From Basidiobolus meristosporus CBS 931.73 (lineage: Eukaryota; Fungi; Basidiobolomycota): a stretch of DNA of 64,000 nt. Numbering within the stretch: position 1 is the first letter of the stretch; each line of letters opens with the position of its first letter. The stretch lies in assembly GCA_002104905.1 (NCBI GenBank), contig MCFE01000132.1, forward strand, positions 62,001 to 126,000, read 5' to 3'. Below are positions 50,141 through 62,700 of the stretch, piece by piece. The translations under genes and the position numbers were made by a program. Below the pieces are notes generated by a model. The model did not search any database. It saw only the letters and a program-made list of their open reading frames with translations, and was not told the origin of the DNA.

Positions 50141-51865
50141 ATGTCTAAATTCGGCCCCCCCTCTACCCTTCTCGCCATCGCCAGGCCCACCCCGTTGCTG
50201 TTGGCTCTGAAGCCCCGTCTCGTCAGCTACAAAGTCCCTCAACTGGTAATTGTTTCCCGGAGTCCATTTTCTTGGTCGGCCCAGTCGTTCACCTCACTTC
50301 TTTGTTCGCTGTAACTCTCTATAGGTAGCCAACCGGTTGGCCCTTCACGAGCAACGTGCGAGCTATAGCAATCCACCAGGATATGGAAGCTCCACTTGGT
50401 CGCGTAAGCGGCTGCCCAGGAACACTGTAAGTTACTTTTCAGCTAAGCTAGCGGGTGCTGCATCACTCACCTCACGGCTACGAGTAGATAGTTAAATTCG
50501 TCCCACAACAAGAAGCCTGGGTGGTGGAACGCATGGGGAAATTCAATCGAGTTCTGGAGCCAGGTTTAGCCATACTGGTCCCCTTCTTGGACAGTATCAA
50601 ATATGTAAAGAGTTTGAAAGAAGTGGCGATCGAGATCCCAACCCAAAGCGCTATTACTCAGGGTATGCATTCGGACCAAGTACTCTCCTCGAGGTCGCCT
50701 AACTCCCTCCGTAGATAACGTCACCCTCCAGCTCGACGGTGTTCTTTATTACAAAGTGGAGGATCCGTACAAGGTACCTATGGTTCATAGCTTACTCTCT
50801 CCGGAGCGATCGCTCATACCACGTAGGCTTCATACGGAGTCGAGGATGCGGAATTCTCCGTCTCTCAGCTGGCACAAACCACCATGCGTGCCGAAATCGG
50901 CCAAATGACTCTAGACAAAACCCTCGCAGAACGTAACACATTGAACGTCAACATCGTGGAGGCCATCAATACCGCTGCCTACGATTGGGGCATCCGATGC
51001 CTGAGATACGAGATCCGTAAGGGGACTTAGAATCAATCCTTCCAGCTGACAATTGTTGATTGAACGTTGCGTAGGGGACATCCATCCACCGGACAATGTG
51101 GTCGAGGCTATGCACTCACAGGTTTCCGCCGAACGTAGCAAACGTGCCCAGATCTTGGAATCCGAAGGTAGGGAGAGATCGCATTAGGCGGAGTTCCCTT
51201 CGATGGCGTTAACCCAGGGAATCCTCTTTAGGTGCGCGTCAGTCGGCCATCAATGTTGCCGAAGGTAAAAAGCAGGCCACCATCCTTGCATCCGAGGCCC
51301 AGAAGTTGGAGCAAATCAATCGAGCTCATGGTATCTCGAGTACAGTTCGTGTCCCTCATTGGATCCCGGCATTGACACTTGATTTGTAGGTGAGGCGGAG
51401 GCAATTATCCTTCGTGCGCAGGCCACTGCTCAGGGGATCCAACGTATCGCCCAATCCATCACCCAATCCCATGGTGGCCAGGAGGCAGTCTCACTGACGG
51501 TTGCTGAGAAGTACGTCGATGCCTTCGGAAAACTGGCCAAGGAGGGCACCACCATTGTAGTTCCGGCGGCGGCTGCGGATGTCGGAAGTATGGTTGCTCA
51601 GGTGAGTAGCGGCATTCAGTGTGGCGCGGGCGAGATATTTACGAATTACATCCCATAGGCCTTGACCATCTACAACAAAATCAATCAGAACGTCGATACC
51701 AAGGGACATTCCAAAATCACTGAAATTCAAGACGAATCGGCAGCCAAGTTGTACCACGAGAAGCCAGCACCCAAATCAGCACCAACCCCTACCATCACCG
51801 ATGAATTCAATGTATTCCAAGGCCATCTTGATAATCCTGAACCAGATAACAAGGATAAAGAGTAG
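50141..51865 (+). CDS. STOML2: Stomatin-like protein 2 (SPFH/band-7, mitochondrial type), 9 exons
   Basis: The spliced product contains LPRNTIVKFVPQQEAWVVERMGKF, QSAITQDNVTLQLDGVLY, YGVEDAEFSVSQLAQTTMRAEIG, WGIRCLRYEIRDIHPP, AERSKRAQILESEG and AEKYVDAFGKLAK. Eight GT-AG introns (first 50246-50324, 50427-50487, 50663-50714, 50774-50826). The N-terminus is basic and presequence-like. Confidence 0.92.
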
Positions 51866-51946
51866 TTCCCTTTCAAATCAAAATAAATCAGTCTGTCTCC
51901 ATACTCGAGTGTTCTCACGAGATGTGCTCAATCGGAGCGTGAGGGA

Positions 51947-51990
51947 GAGGATGAGGAATGAGGATGAGAATGAGGAATGAGGAATGAGGT
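51947..51990 (+). repeat. Purine-rich GAGGA(A)T minisatellite
   Basis: gaggatgaggaatgaggatgagaatgaggaatgaggaatgagg lies between STOML2 and the first GDH. Confidence 0.8.
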
Positions 51991-52242
51991 TGATAATCTC
52001 AACCTCCAGGTCACAGGGCTTGCCCAAAAGTGGCAAAAATGATGATCAGCCAAGATTCGATTAGTGGCATATCTTTGGTACCGGCAACAGTAATGAGTGA
52101 CCAATTTCCACGACGCCACCATTTCGACCACCTTGCATCTAAAACTTGATTTTCCTGAGATAAGAGATGTCTCGTGTATAAAAGTGCTCCCCTCACATGT
52201 GATTAATCATACAAGAAGCTGTGAACGAGTTGAGATATTCCA

Positions 52243-53780
52243 ATGTCTGCCACTTTATTGAGATCAGCATCTTTAATCAAGCTTGCCGCCCCCACCACCG
52301 CCAGAGTTCTCCCTGCACTCCGAGGGATGAGCACTCATGCTAACGCTGCCTGCGAAGAGAGTGAACCCGCTTTCCTCGGCTGTGTTGAGCAGTTCTTCGA
52401 CAAAGCTGCCGCTGTGAGTGGTGTCAAGCCTGAGACTCTTGCTGCCATCAAGAGAGTCGATGCTGTGCTCAGTGTCACCTTCCCCATCGAGCTCGAGAAT
52501 GGCAAGACCGAGATTGTTCGTGGCTACCGTGCTCAGCACTCTCACCACCGTCTCCCGGTCAAGGGTGGCATCCGTTATGCCGACGAGGTTGACATGCAAG
52601 AGGTCGAGGCCTTGGCCTCCCTCATGACCTACAAGTGTGCTGTTGTCGATGTCCCATTCGGCGGAGCCAAGGGTGGTGTGGCCATCAACCCCAAGAAGTA
52701 CAGCACCCGTGAGTTGGAGCGCATCACTCGTCGCTTTGCCCTCGAGCTCTGCCAGAAGAACTTCATTGGCCCTGGCATCGATGTCCCCGCGCCTGATGTA
52801 GGCACTGGAGGCCGCGAGATGTCCTGGATCATGGACACCTATCGCCAGTTCAACCCCACCGACATCAACTCTGCCGGGTGCATCACCGGAAAGCCAGTCA
52901 ATCCAAGGTGGTGTCCGTGGCCGCTACCGAGGCCACTGGTCTTGGCGTGTACTATGGTGTCCGCGAGTTCCTCAAGTACGACGAGGTCCAGAAGCAAACT
53001 GGCCTCACTGGTGACATCGAAGGCAAGCGTGTCGTCATCCAAGGTTTCGGCAATGTTGGCTACTGGGCCGCCAAGTTCTTCGAGGCCAACGGAGCCAAGA
53101 TTGTCGGTGTTGCTGACCAAGACTGCGGTATCTACAACGAGCAGGGCATCAACATCGATGAGCTGCAAGAGTACAAGAGTGCCAAGGGTGTCCTTGGTGG
53201 CTACAGCTCTGGCACCATTGTTCCCGAGTCCATCAAGCTCATTGAAGCTGAGTGTGATGTGTTGATCCCTGCCGCCCTCGAGCGTCAAATTGGCCTCAAG
53301 AATGTCAACCGCATCAAGGCCAAGGTCATTGGCGAGGGCGCCAACGGTCCCATCACCCCTGCCGCCCACGACATTCTGGTCAAGAATGGCCGTGTTGTCG
53401 TTCCTGACTTGTTGCTCAACGCCGGTGGCGTGTGCGTGTCATACTTCGAGTGGCTCAAGAACATCTCTCATATCCGCTTCGGCCGCATGAACAAGAAGTG
53501 GGATGAGCAAGGCAAGGCCCAACTCTTGTCCCTTGTCGAGGAGAACGCCGGTCGCAAGCTCACCGTCACTGAGCGCCAGCAGGTGATCCACGGGGCTGAG
53601 GAGCATGAGCTTGTGTACTCTGGCTTGGAGGACACCATGATCAAGGCCTGTGAGGAGACCAGAGTTACGGCCAATGAGTTCGGCAACATCGACTACCGTA
53701 CTGCAGCTATTGCCAATGCCATTCGCAAGATTGCCGCCGTCTCCGAAGGATCTGGCTCTCTCTTCACTAACCGCGGTTAA
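52243..53780 (+). CDS. GDH: Mitochondrial glutamate dehydrogenase (GLUD-type, antenna-bearing), copy G1; two 1-bp insertions at about 52902 and 52924
   Basis: Contains [36 protein letters not shown] and SYFEWLKN, with an Arg/Ser/Leu-rich presequence. It is 511 aa once the two extra bases are removed. TATA at about 52177. Confidence 0.92.
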
Positions 53781-54637
53781 ATATGACTGTACTCCTAGAT
53801 AACAACCAAGACTCCTAGCATTCACTTCTCCCATATGAACATTCAATAAATTGTATAACTTGATTCCCATTAATTTCACCCGCAACAATTGAAGCCTTGC
53901 ATTGGTGTGAGATCGTTGACTGTATTGAGAGTGCACCTGTTTCAGCTGTCTCCTTGATATCATTACCAATTTGCAACTCCAATTGAAAATTCGTACTGAA
54001 TGAGACAACCCCAGAGCTTACGAAATCGTGAGTGAGAATGGCCCATTAAAATTCCAGCTTTATGCATATTAGATGAGGTCGAAGATGGATTTATAAGGTG
54101 CTGAGATTAACGAATCATCACCAACTAGTCCAGGTATTCAAAATATCAAGCGGCCAGCAATGTAATTAATCACAGAACCCCGACCGTATTGTAGGTAGCA
54201 AAATTATTGAGCCCTCGTGAACGTGCTACAGAAATATCGCTTCATATTCCTGGTTCAAATACACCTCCGGTCCATCCCGAAGCACACGACTTCCACCTTC
54301 GCAGGCTTTATCCAAGAGATGATTGACAGATAAAGCTACTCCGAGATCCGCATATTAGAGAGTTGAATTGACAGTTTGTCGGATTACCCTAAATAGCTAG
54401 ATTATTCGGCCAGATAATTTTCACTACCGCATCAGATGTGGAGGCAAATTCTTTGTAGGACACGGAGCATATCGCATATTTCTACTCGGGACCAATCGTG
54501 GCTTACAGGAACCAGGTATATGGTATTCTAGAGGGTGGGCATGATAGGGTCATGTAACAAATAACGAAACAATCAAATGGTGGATGTATAAAAATAATGC
54601 TATCTCCTTGCTAAGCGACAGTTAATACCGCCCAACG

Positions 54638-56174
54638 ATGTCTATTACACTGATAAGATCTGCTTCATTGTACAGAAGTGCCACCTCTCAGGTAATCAAA
54701 GCTCTCCCTTCCCTCAGGGGTATGAGCACTCATGCTAACGCTGCCTGCGAAGAGAGTGAACCCGCTTTCCTCGGCTGTGTTGAGCAGTTCTTCGACAAAG
54801 CTGCCGCTGTGAGTGGTGTCAAGCCTGAGACTCTTGCTGCCATCAAGAGAGTCGATGCTGTGCTCAGTGTCACCTTCCCCATCGAGCTCGAGAATGGCAA
54901 GACCGAGATTGTTCGTGGCTACCGTGCCCAACACTCTCACCACCGTCTCCCGGTCAAGGGTGGCATCCGTTATGCCGACGAGGTTGACATGCAAGAGGTC
55001 GAGGCCTTGGCCTCCCTCATGACATACAAGTGTGCTGTTGTCGATGTCCCATTCGGCGGAGCCAAGGGTGGTGTGGCCATCAACCCCAAGAAGTACAGCA
55101 CCCGTGAGTTGGAGCGCATCACTCGTCGCTTCGCCCTCGAGCTCTGCCAGAAGAACTTCATTGGCCCTGGCATCGATGTCCCCGCGCCTGATGTAGGCAC
55201 TGGAGGCCGCGAGATGTCCTGGATCATGGACACCTATCGCCAGTTCAACCCCACCGACATCAACTCTGCCGGGTGCATCACCGGAAAGCCAGTCAACCAA
55301 GGTGGTGTCCGTGGCCGTACCGAGGCCACTGGTCTTGGCGTGTACTATGGTGTCCGCGAGTTCCTCAAGTACGACGAGGTCCAGAAGCAAACTGGCCTCA
55401 CTGGTGACATCGAAGGCAAGCGTGTTGTCATCCAAGGTTTCGGCAATGTTGGCTACTGGGCCGCCAAGTTCTTCGAGGCCAACGGAGCCAAGATTGTCGG
55501 TGTTGCTGACCAAGACTGCGGTATCTACAACGAGCAGGGCATCAACATCGATGAGCTGCAGGAGTACAAGAGTGCCAAGGGTGTCCTTGGTGGCTACAGC
55601 TCTGGCACCATTGTTCCCGAGTCCATCAAGCTCATTGAAGCTGAGTGTGATGTGTTGATCCCTGCCGCCCTCGAGCGTCAAATTGGCCTCAAGAATGTCA
55701 ACCGCATCAAGGCCAAGGTCATTGGCGAGGGCGCCAACGGTCCCATCACCCCTGCCGCCCACGACATTCTGGTCAAGAATGGCCGTGTTGTCGTTCCTGA
55801 CTTGTTGCTCAACGCCGGTGGTGTGTGCGTGTCATACTTCGAGTGGCTCAAGAACATCTCTCACATCCGCTTCGGCCGCATGAACAAGAAGTGGGATGAG
55901 CAAGGCAAGGCCCAACTCTTGTCCCTTGTCGAGGAGAACGCCGGTCGCAAGCTCACCGTCACTGAGCGCCAGCAGGTGATCCACGGGGCTGAGGAGCATG
56001 AGCTTGTGTACTCTGGCTTGGAGGACACCATGATCAAGGCCTGTGAGGAGACCAGAGTTACGGCCAACTGAGTTCGGCAACATCGACTACCGTACTGCAG
56101 CTATTGCCAATGCCATTCGCAAGATTGCCTCGGTCTCCGAAGGATCCGGCTCTCTTTTCACCAGCCGTGGCTGA
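54638..56174 (+). CDS. GDH: Glutamate dehydrogenase copy G2; 1-bp insertion at about 56068
   Basis: The 477-aa ORF stops at AAC TGA where paralogues have AAC/AAT GAG. Removing one base gives 511 aa. TATA at about 54587. Confidence 0.92.
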
Positions 56175-57125
56175 GCTAACCATATTCGTCAATAATTCCA
56201 GCTTGAAATATACACTTCTTACACCAAAACCAATAAATTGTAGACATAAACAAATTTTGGACCAGTCCGAATGTCGGATATCGTCATTACGATTGTTTAG
56301 GTGGGAAGAATGACAGTCTCAGAGATACTACTTAGCCCTGTACCTGTCTATATGCGTGATGGGCCATTGTGTTGGATTCAAATGCACATATAGTGCTCTT
56401 TTGGGTAGTGTGCGAAGAATCGACTATATTCAGTAGATCTGAATCGATTGTTTCTTCGTGCCTTCAAAGAAAACCGTGATTCGTGTAAATGTGGGATTCC
56501 GTCTATATAAAGCAGAATTCTCGTCAGAGCTTGGGATAGATGCGGGGACACTACATACGTGTTCAGTAACACTATCTACAATTCCCTTATCACGGCCGAT
56601 CACCCAGTTCTTGGCTTCTAATCATCCTCAAATGTGACTGGTACAACTTCGACCAAGTGCCGTATGAATGTGGGTCTTTTCTACTGTAGGGTTTACAAAG
56701 TTTAATCCCGAGAGTTCCCTATTCTAACGGTGGCTTTTACCAGATAAACCTGGCGAAAGCAACACGGTATACTGGTTTGAGTCCAAATTCCACAGACATA
56801 CACCTGCGCCACTCGAATGTGGGTACCTGAGCACATCCCACTTACCAGGTGACTGAGGTGGGTACGTACCATCAGGCATAATCGATATGAAGATTTCACT
56901 TGAGTCGTACAAATATGCAACCCGGATTGCCTCAATAACGTGTTTGTGGCTGCCATGATACGGGCATTAGACATGGTTAGAGCACGCTTGGCGCTATGAT
57001 AACAAAAAAGATGAGATTAGGTAAATCTGGGTTTACCGGCTAATGCAATGTTAGAAGCACGAAATTCCCATTTGAAAAACAACACAAGGTGAGGTTAGAG
57101 CGTAAACTCAACTACAAGTCGAAGT

Positions 57126-57309
57126 ATGTCAGTCTCAATCCTAAGATCAGCGTCTTTGTTTAAAACTACCTTCCAAGCAGCAAGAGATCTCCCTTCCCTC
57201 AGGGTTATGAGCACTCATGCTAATGCTTCCTGCGAAGAGAGTGAAATCGCTTTCCTCCGTTGCCTCGGTCCCCGAAGGATCCGGCTCTCTTTTTACCAAT
57301 CGCGGCTAG
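57126..57309 (+). pseudogene. GDH: Internally deleted GDH relic (presequence and first residues fused to the last codons)
   Basis: MSVSILRSASLFKTTFQAARDLPSLRVMSTHANASCEESEIAFL is joined directly to ttgcctcggtc..gaaggatccggctctctttttaccaatcgcggctag, the 3' end of GDH. Confidence 0.88.
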
Positions 57310-58059
57310 TTCTATGTATAAACAGAATCTAGAAGATTAATTGTAACTTTCAATTAGATTTTAATAAATATCGGAGTCCGTATTGTTATGAACGCTCTTG
57401 CCTTGCACCAACAGCATCAATATCAAAGATCTGCGTTCTGAGTGCGCAGGTACCTCTCACGACTGCAACCCCACCTTGGTAACCAAGAATCATTCACTCA
57501 AGCATGAATCAAGGTCAACTTCGACTACAAGCGAATGCTACACAATACAACCTGGTGCCATATATCGCCAATGTGACCGATCAACCAGAAATGGATATCT
57601 TATCTAGAGTAAGTACAGGTGCACATATTGGTGATACACAGATGGAAGATATCTATTACAGGGCTAAGGGTTAACCCTTAGTTCTTGGTAATATCTGATT
57701 CAATGTTGAATCGTAGAGCCCGGAATCTTCCTAGATTATTTATTAACATTACGAGTCGGAAATGATCAATCAGACACGACGTGTATTACCCCATACCGTA
57801 AACTTTCTCGAGGGTAGTAGCTTTCACTTGCCCAGAGATAATCTATATAGATTATATCCGCTAGGTTCTCATCTCGGGCTTTGCCGCTGGGACACTATGC
57901 TATGTTTTGAGGATTCTTGCTAAATCACAAAGTAGTGTGGCGTAGGTCATGCGACAAATACGATGGATGAATGCATTACTAGTAAGTATGGATTCCACGA
58001 TATGGTATCTCCTATATAAAGACCTTGAATATACATATCAAAACATAACCTGGAATACG

Positions 58060-59596
58060 ATGTCTCTCTCACTCCTGAAATCCTCCTCTTTATACAGAGC
58101 TGTAGCCTCTCAAGCAGCAAGAGCTCTCCCTTCCCTCAGGGGTATGAGCACTCATGCTAACGCTGCCTGCGAAGAGAGTGAACCCGCTTTCCTCGGCTGT
58201 GTTGAGCAGTTCTTCGACAAAGCTGCCGCTGTGAGTGGTGTCAAGCCTGAGACTCTTGCTGCCATCAAGAGAGTCGATGCTGTGCTCAGTGTCACCTTCC
58301 CCATCGAGCTCGAGAATGGCAAGACCGAGATTGTTCGTGGCTACCGTGCTCAGCACTCTCACCACCGTCTCCCGGTCAAGGGTGGCATCCGTTATGCCGA
58401 CGAGGTTGACATGCAAGAGGTCGAGGCCTTGGCCTCCCTCATGACCTACAAGTGTGCTGTTGTCGATGTCCCATTCGGCGGAGCCAAGGGTGGTGTGGCC
58501 ATCAACCCCAAGAAGTACAGCACCCGTGAGTTGGAGCGCATCACTCGTCGCTTTCGCCCTCGAGCTCTGCCAGAAGAACTTCATTGGCCCTGGCATCGAT
58601 GTCCCCGCGCCTGATGTAGGCACTGGAGGCCGCGAGATGTCCTGGATCATGGACACCTATCGCCAGTTCAACCCCACCGACATCAACTCTGCCGGGTGCA
58701 TCACCGGAAAGCCAGTCAACCAAGGTGGTGTCCGTGGCCGCACCGAGGCCACTGGTCTTGGCGTGTACTATGGTGTCCGCGAGTTCCTCAAGTACGACGA
58801 GGTCCAGAAGCAAACTGGCCTCACTGGGGACATCGAAGGCAAGCGTGTCGTCATCCAAGGTTTCGGCAATGTTGGCTACTGGGCCGCCAAGTTCTTCGAG
58901 GCCAACGGAGCCAAGATTGTCGGTGTTGCTGACCAAGACTGCGGTATCTACAACGAGCAGGGCATCAACATCGATGAGCTGCAGGAGTACAAGAGCGCCA
59001 AGGGTGTCCTTGGTGGCTACAGCTCTGGCACCATTGTTCCCGAGTCCATCAAGCTCATTGAAGCTGAGTGTGATGTGTTGATCCCTGCCGCCCTCGAGCG
59101 TCAAATTGGCCTCAAGAATGTCAACCGCATCAAGGCCAAGGTCATTGGCGAGGGCGCCAACGGTCCCATCACCCCTGCCGCCCACGACATTCTGGTCAAG
59201 AATGGTCGTGTTGTCGTTCCTGACTTGTTGCTCAACGCCGGTGGCGTGTGCGTGTCATACTTCGAGTGGCTCAAGAACATCTCTCACATCCGCTTCGGCC
59301 GCATGAACAAGAAGTGGGATGAGCAAGGCAAGGCCCAACTCTTGTCCCTTGTCGAGGAGAACGCCGGTCGCAAGCTCACCGTCACTGAGCGCCAGCAGGT
59401 GATCCACGGGGCTGAGGAGCATGAGCTTGTGTACTCTGGCTTGGAGGACACCATGATCAAGGCCTGTGAGGAGACCAGAGTTACGGCCAACGAGTTCGGC
59501 AACATCGACTACCGTACTGCAGCTATTGCCAATGCCATTCGCAAGATTGCCTCGGTCTCCGAAGGCTCCGGTTCTCTCTTCACTAACCGCGGTTAG
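58060..59596 (+). CDS. GDH: Glutamate dehydrogenase copy G3; 1-bp insertion at about 58554
   Basis: ATG at 58060 (MSLSLLKSSSLYRAVASQAAR), TATA at about 58013. It reads cgc tttc gcc versus ttt or ttc in paralogues, and is 511 aa when corrected. Confidence 0.92.
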
Positions 59597-60471
59597 ATAC
59601 CCCCAACCGCAAACAATATCATAATAATTAGGCATTCACTTTTCCCCATAATTTACAATAAACCAATCTCTGCATTAAAAATTTCGATAGCGTGAAAGTC
59701 CAACTTATGTGGATAGCGAGATGCTGTAAATTGTTCAAGTCACGCAATAGGCGCATAAAATTTTGAGAGATTTGATGAGCCAACGTAATTATTACTACTG
59801 TGGACTGCCGAACGGCAGGTACTGTACCACTTATTGAGGACGGATAATGGGATTGATTGCACAAGAACGCCTACCTAATCTTGGTTCCCAGGGGTCGGTT
59901 AAGGAATAAGCTGATGTTCCATAGTTTACTTTTCTCATTACCTGGAAAGTGATTTAATGAGTTCCGAATCTCTCCTGAGGGATTAACATCACGAGGTTAC
60001 AACGGGTCGCACATTCTGTAAAGATCCTTGGACTATCATTGTTTGCAGTACATTTGAGCAAGAATGATCCAATAAGTGGTACACCACATTATGTTTGATC
60101 CGAAAAAACTGAGGGCAAATCATCCCAGTAATCAGTAGGTTGGCTCGAGTGAGAACTGGGTGTACTAGACTTGCATCCATCTCATCAAGTCTATCCAGAT
60201 AGCGATGCACATGATGTAAATGAAGTTGCACGTTTTGGGTTCGGCTACTAGTCTATTTTGTCTGTGATACGAAAGATAAGGTCCATTCACACCGGAGCAA
60301 AACCGTGGCGCACCTAATTCGATCGGAGTGCGTTTAGAGTTACATAGATGGGTCAACAATCTGTGATTAGATGACTTACGAGGGGGGGAAGCTATCTAGA
60401 TACGTGCATGTACATCAGAGTTCAAGTATAAAAAGAGTTGTCGTGTGTTTGAGAAGGTAGCAACAATTAAG

Positions 60472-62008
60472 ATGTCCCTATCACTCTTAAAATCCTCCTC
60501 TTTGTATAGAACTGTAGTCTCTCAAGCAGCAAGAGCTCTCCCTTCCCTCAGGGGTATGAGCACTCATGCTAACGCTGCCTGCGAAGAGAGTGAACCCGCT
60601 TTCCTCGGCTGTGTTGAGCAGTTCTTCGACAAAGCTGCCGCTTGTGAGTGGTGTCAAGCCTGAGACTCTTGCTGCCATCAAGAGAGTCGATGCTGTGCTC
60701 AGTGTCACCTTCCCCATCGAGCTCGAGAATGGCAAGACCGAGATTGTTCGTGGCTACCGTGCTCAGCACTCTCACCACCGTCTCCCGGTCAAGGGTGGCA
60801 TCCGTTATGCCGATGAGGTTGACATGCAAGAGGTCGAGGCCTTGGCCTCCCTCATGACCTACAAGTGTGCTGTTGTCGATGTCCCATTCGGCGGAGCCAA
60901 GGGTGGTGTGGCCATCAACCCCAAGAAGTACAGCACCCGTGAGTTGGAGCGCATCACTCGTCGCTTTGCCCTCGAGCTCTGCCAGAAGAACTTCATTGGC
61001 CCTGGCATCGATGTCCCCGCGCCTGATGTAGGCACTGGAGGCCGCGAGATGTCCTGGATCATGGACACCTATCGCCAGTTCAACCCCACCGACATCAACT
61101 CTGCCGGGTGCATCACCGGAAAGCCAGTCAACCAAGGTGGTGTCCGTGGCCGTACCGAGGCCACTGGTCTTGGCGTGTACTATGGTGTCCGCGAGTTCCT
61201 CAAGTACGACGAGGTCCAGAAGCAAACTGGCCTCACTGGGGACATCGAAGGCAAGCGTGTTGTCATCCAAGGTTTCGGCAATGTTGGCTACTGGGCCGCC
61301 AAGTTCTTCGAGGCCAACGGAGCCAAGATTGTCGGTGTTGCTGACCAAGACTGCGGTATCTACAACGAGCAGGGCATCAACATCGATGAGCTGCAAGAGT
61401 ACAAGAGTGCCAATGGAATTCTCGGAGGATATAGCAACGGCACCATTGTTCCCGAGTCCATCAAGCTCATTGAAGCTGAGTGTGATGTGTTGATCCCTGC
61501 CGCCCTCGAGCGTCAAATTGGCCTCAAGAATGTCAACCGCATCAAGGCCAAGGTCATTGGCGAGGGCGCCAACGGTCCCATCACCCCTGCTGCCCACGAC
61601 ATTCTGGTCAAGAATGGCCGTGTTGTCGTTCCTGACTTGTTACTCAACGCCGGTGGCGTGTGCGTGTCATACTTCGAGTGGCTCAAGAACATCTCTCACA
61701 TCCGCTTCGGCCGCATGAACAAGAAGTGGGATGAGCAAGGCAAGGCCCAACTCTTGTCCCTTGTCGAGGAGAACGCTGGTCGCAAGCTCACCGTCACTGA
61801 GCGCCAGCAGGTGATCCACGGGGCTGAGGAGCATGAGCTTGTGTACTCTGGCTTGGAGGACACCATGATCAAGGCCTGTGAGGAGACCAGAGTTACGGCC
61901 AACGAGTTCGGCAACATCGACTACCGTACTGCAGCTATTGCCAATGCCATCCGTAAGATTGCCGCCGTCTCGGAAGGATCCGGCTCTCTCTTCACTAACC
62001 GCGGTTAA
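60472..62008 (+). CDS. GDH: Glutamate dehydrogenase copy G4; 1-bp insertion at about 60642
   Basis: ATG at 60472, TATA at about 60427. It reads gcc gctt gtg versus gcc gct gtg, and is 511 aa when corrected. Confidence 0.92.
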
Positions 62009-62700
62009 GAACCAATAATTTTTTCATACATATTAAGCATTCACTTCTCCCCATACATTTTCAGTAAATTCAAAGTCATCAACCATTAGGCATTTCAAAT
62101 TATTGTTAAGGCTGCATTTTGATCGATCCGCAAGTATGCACCGAATAGTTTGTGGGGGTTATCAGAGGTTTCATCTTGAATGTGGTTGACGGAGATGACC
62201 GGAATGGGATGTTACCCGAATTAAGGTTTTTGCTATGTTTGCAACATACAGATTCTTGAGAGGCCATATTTCATTTAACAGAATATGTATAGCATAGCAA
62301 TCTCCGGTTTCACTGCTTACAGTGTGAGCAACGTGACCGATCAGGCATCTCCCTCTGAGAGTTTGCTTGCCGAGATACGGACTGGTAATACATTGATTGT
62401 GGATATCAGCTACGAACATTGTGTGTACCCTTTTGCCTTGGATCCTCGTGACGGACCAAAATATACTGAATGATACTGATTGTTCCCAAAGTTGCAACAA
62501 TTAAGATTAACATAAAATTATGTTGAGAAAGTAAGCTATTTCTGGTACTGTAGTTTGCGCTACAGCTACAACCAAGTAACCCGCATGGCTAGTCCAATAT
62601 ATATTTGGGATGATCTGGGCAGTAGAATGACCTAAATGCGTGTATAACCTGATTACAAGATGATCTCAACTTAGGAGGTAAGGTTAATTATTAGGGTTAG

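Noticed and set aside
54665-55762. Long antisense and alternative-frame ORFs over GDH and subtilisin genes (up to 365 aa)
   Set aside because: These are shadow ORFs expected from strong codon bias. They have no motifs, and their lengths vary between near-identical copies.
62691-62700. TTAGGGTTAG at the truncation point of the GDH relic (also ccctagccctaa at about 49426 and taagggttaaccctta at about 57665)
   Set aside because: Fewer than two full telomere units, which is expected by chance in 64 kb.
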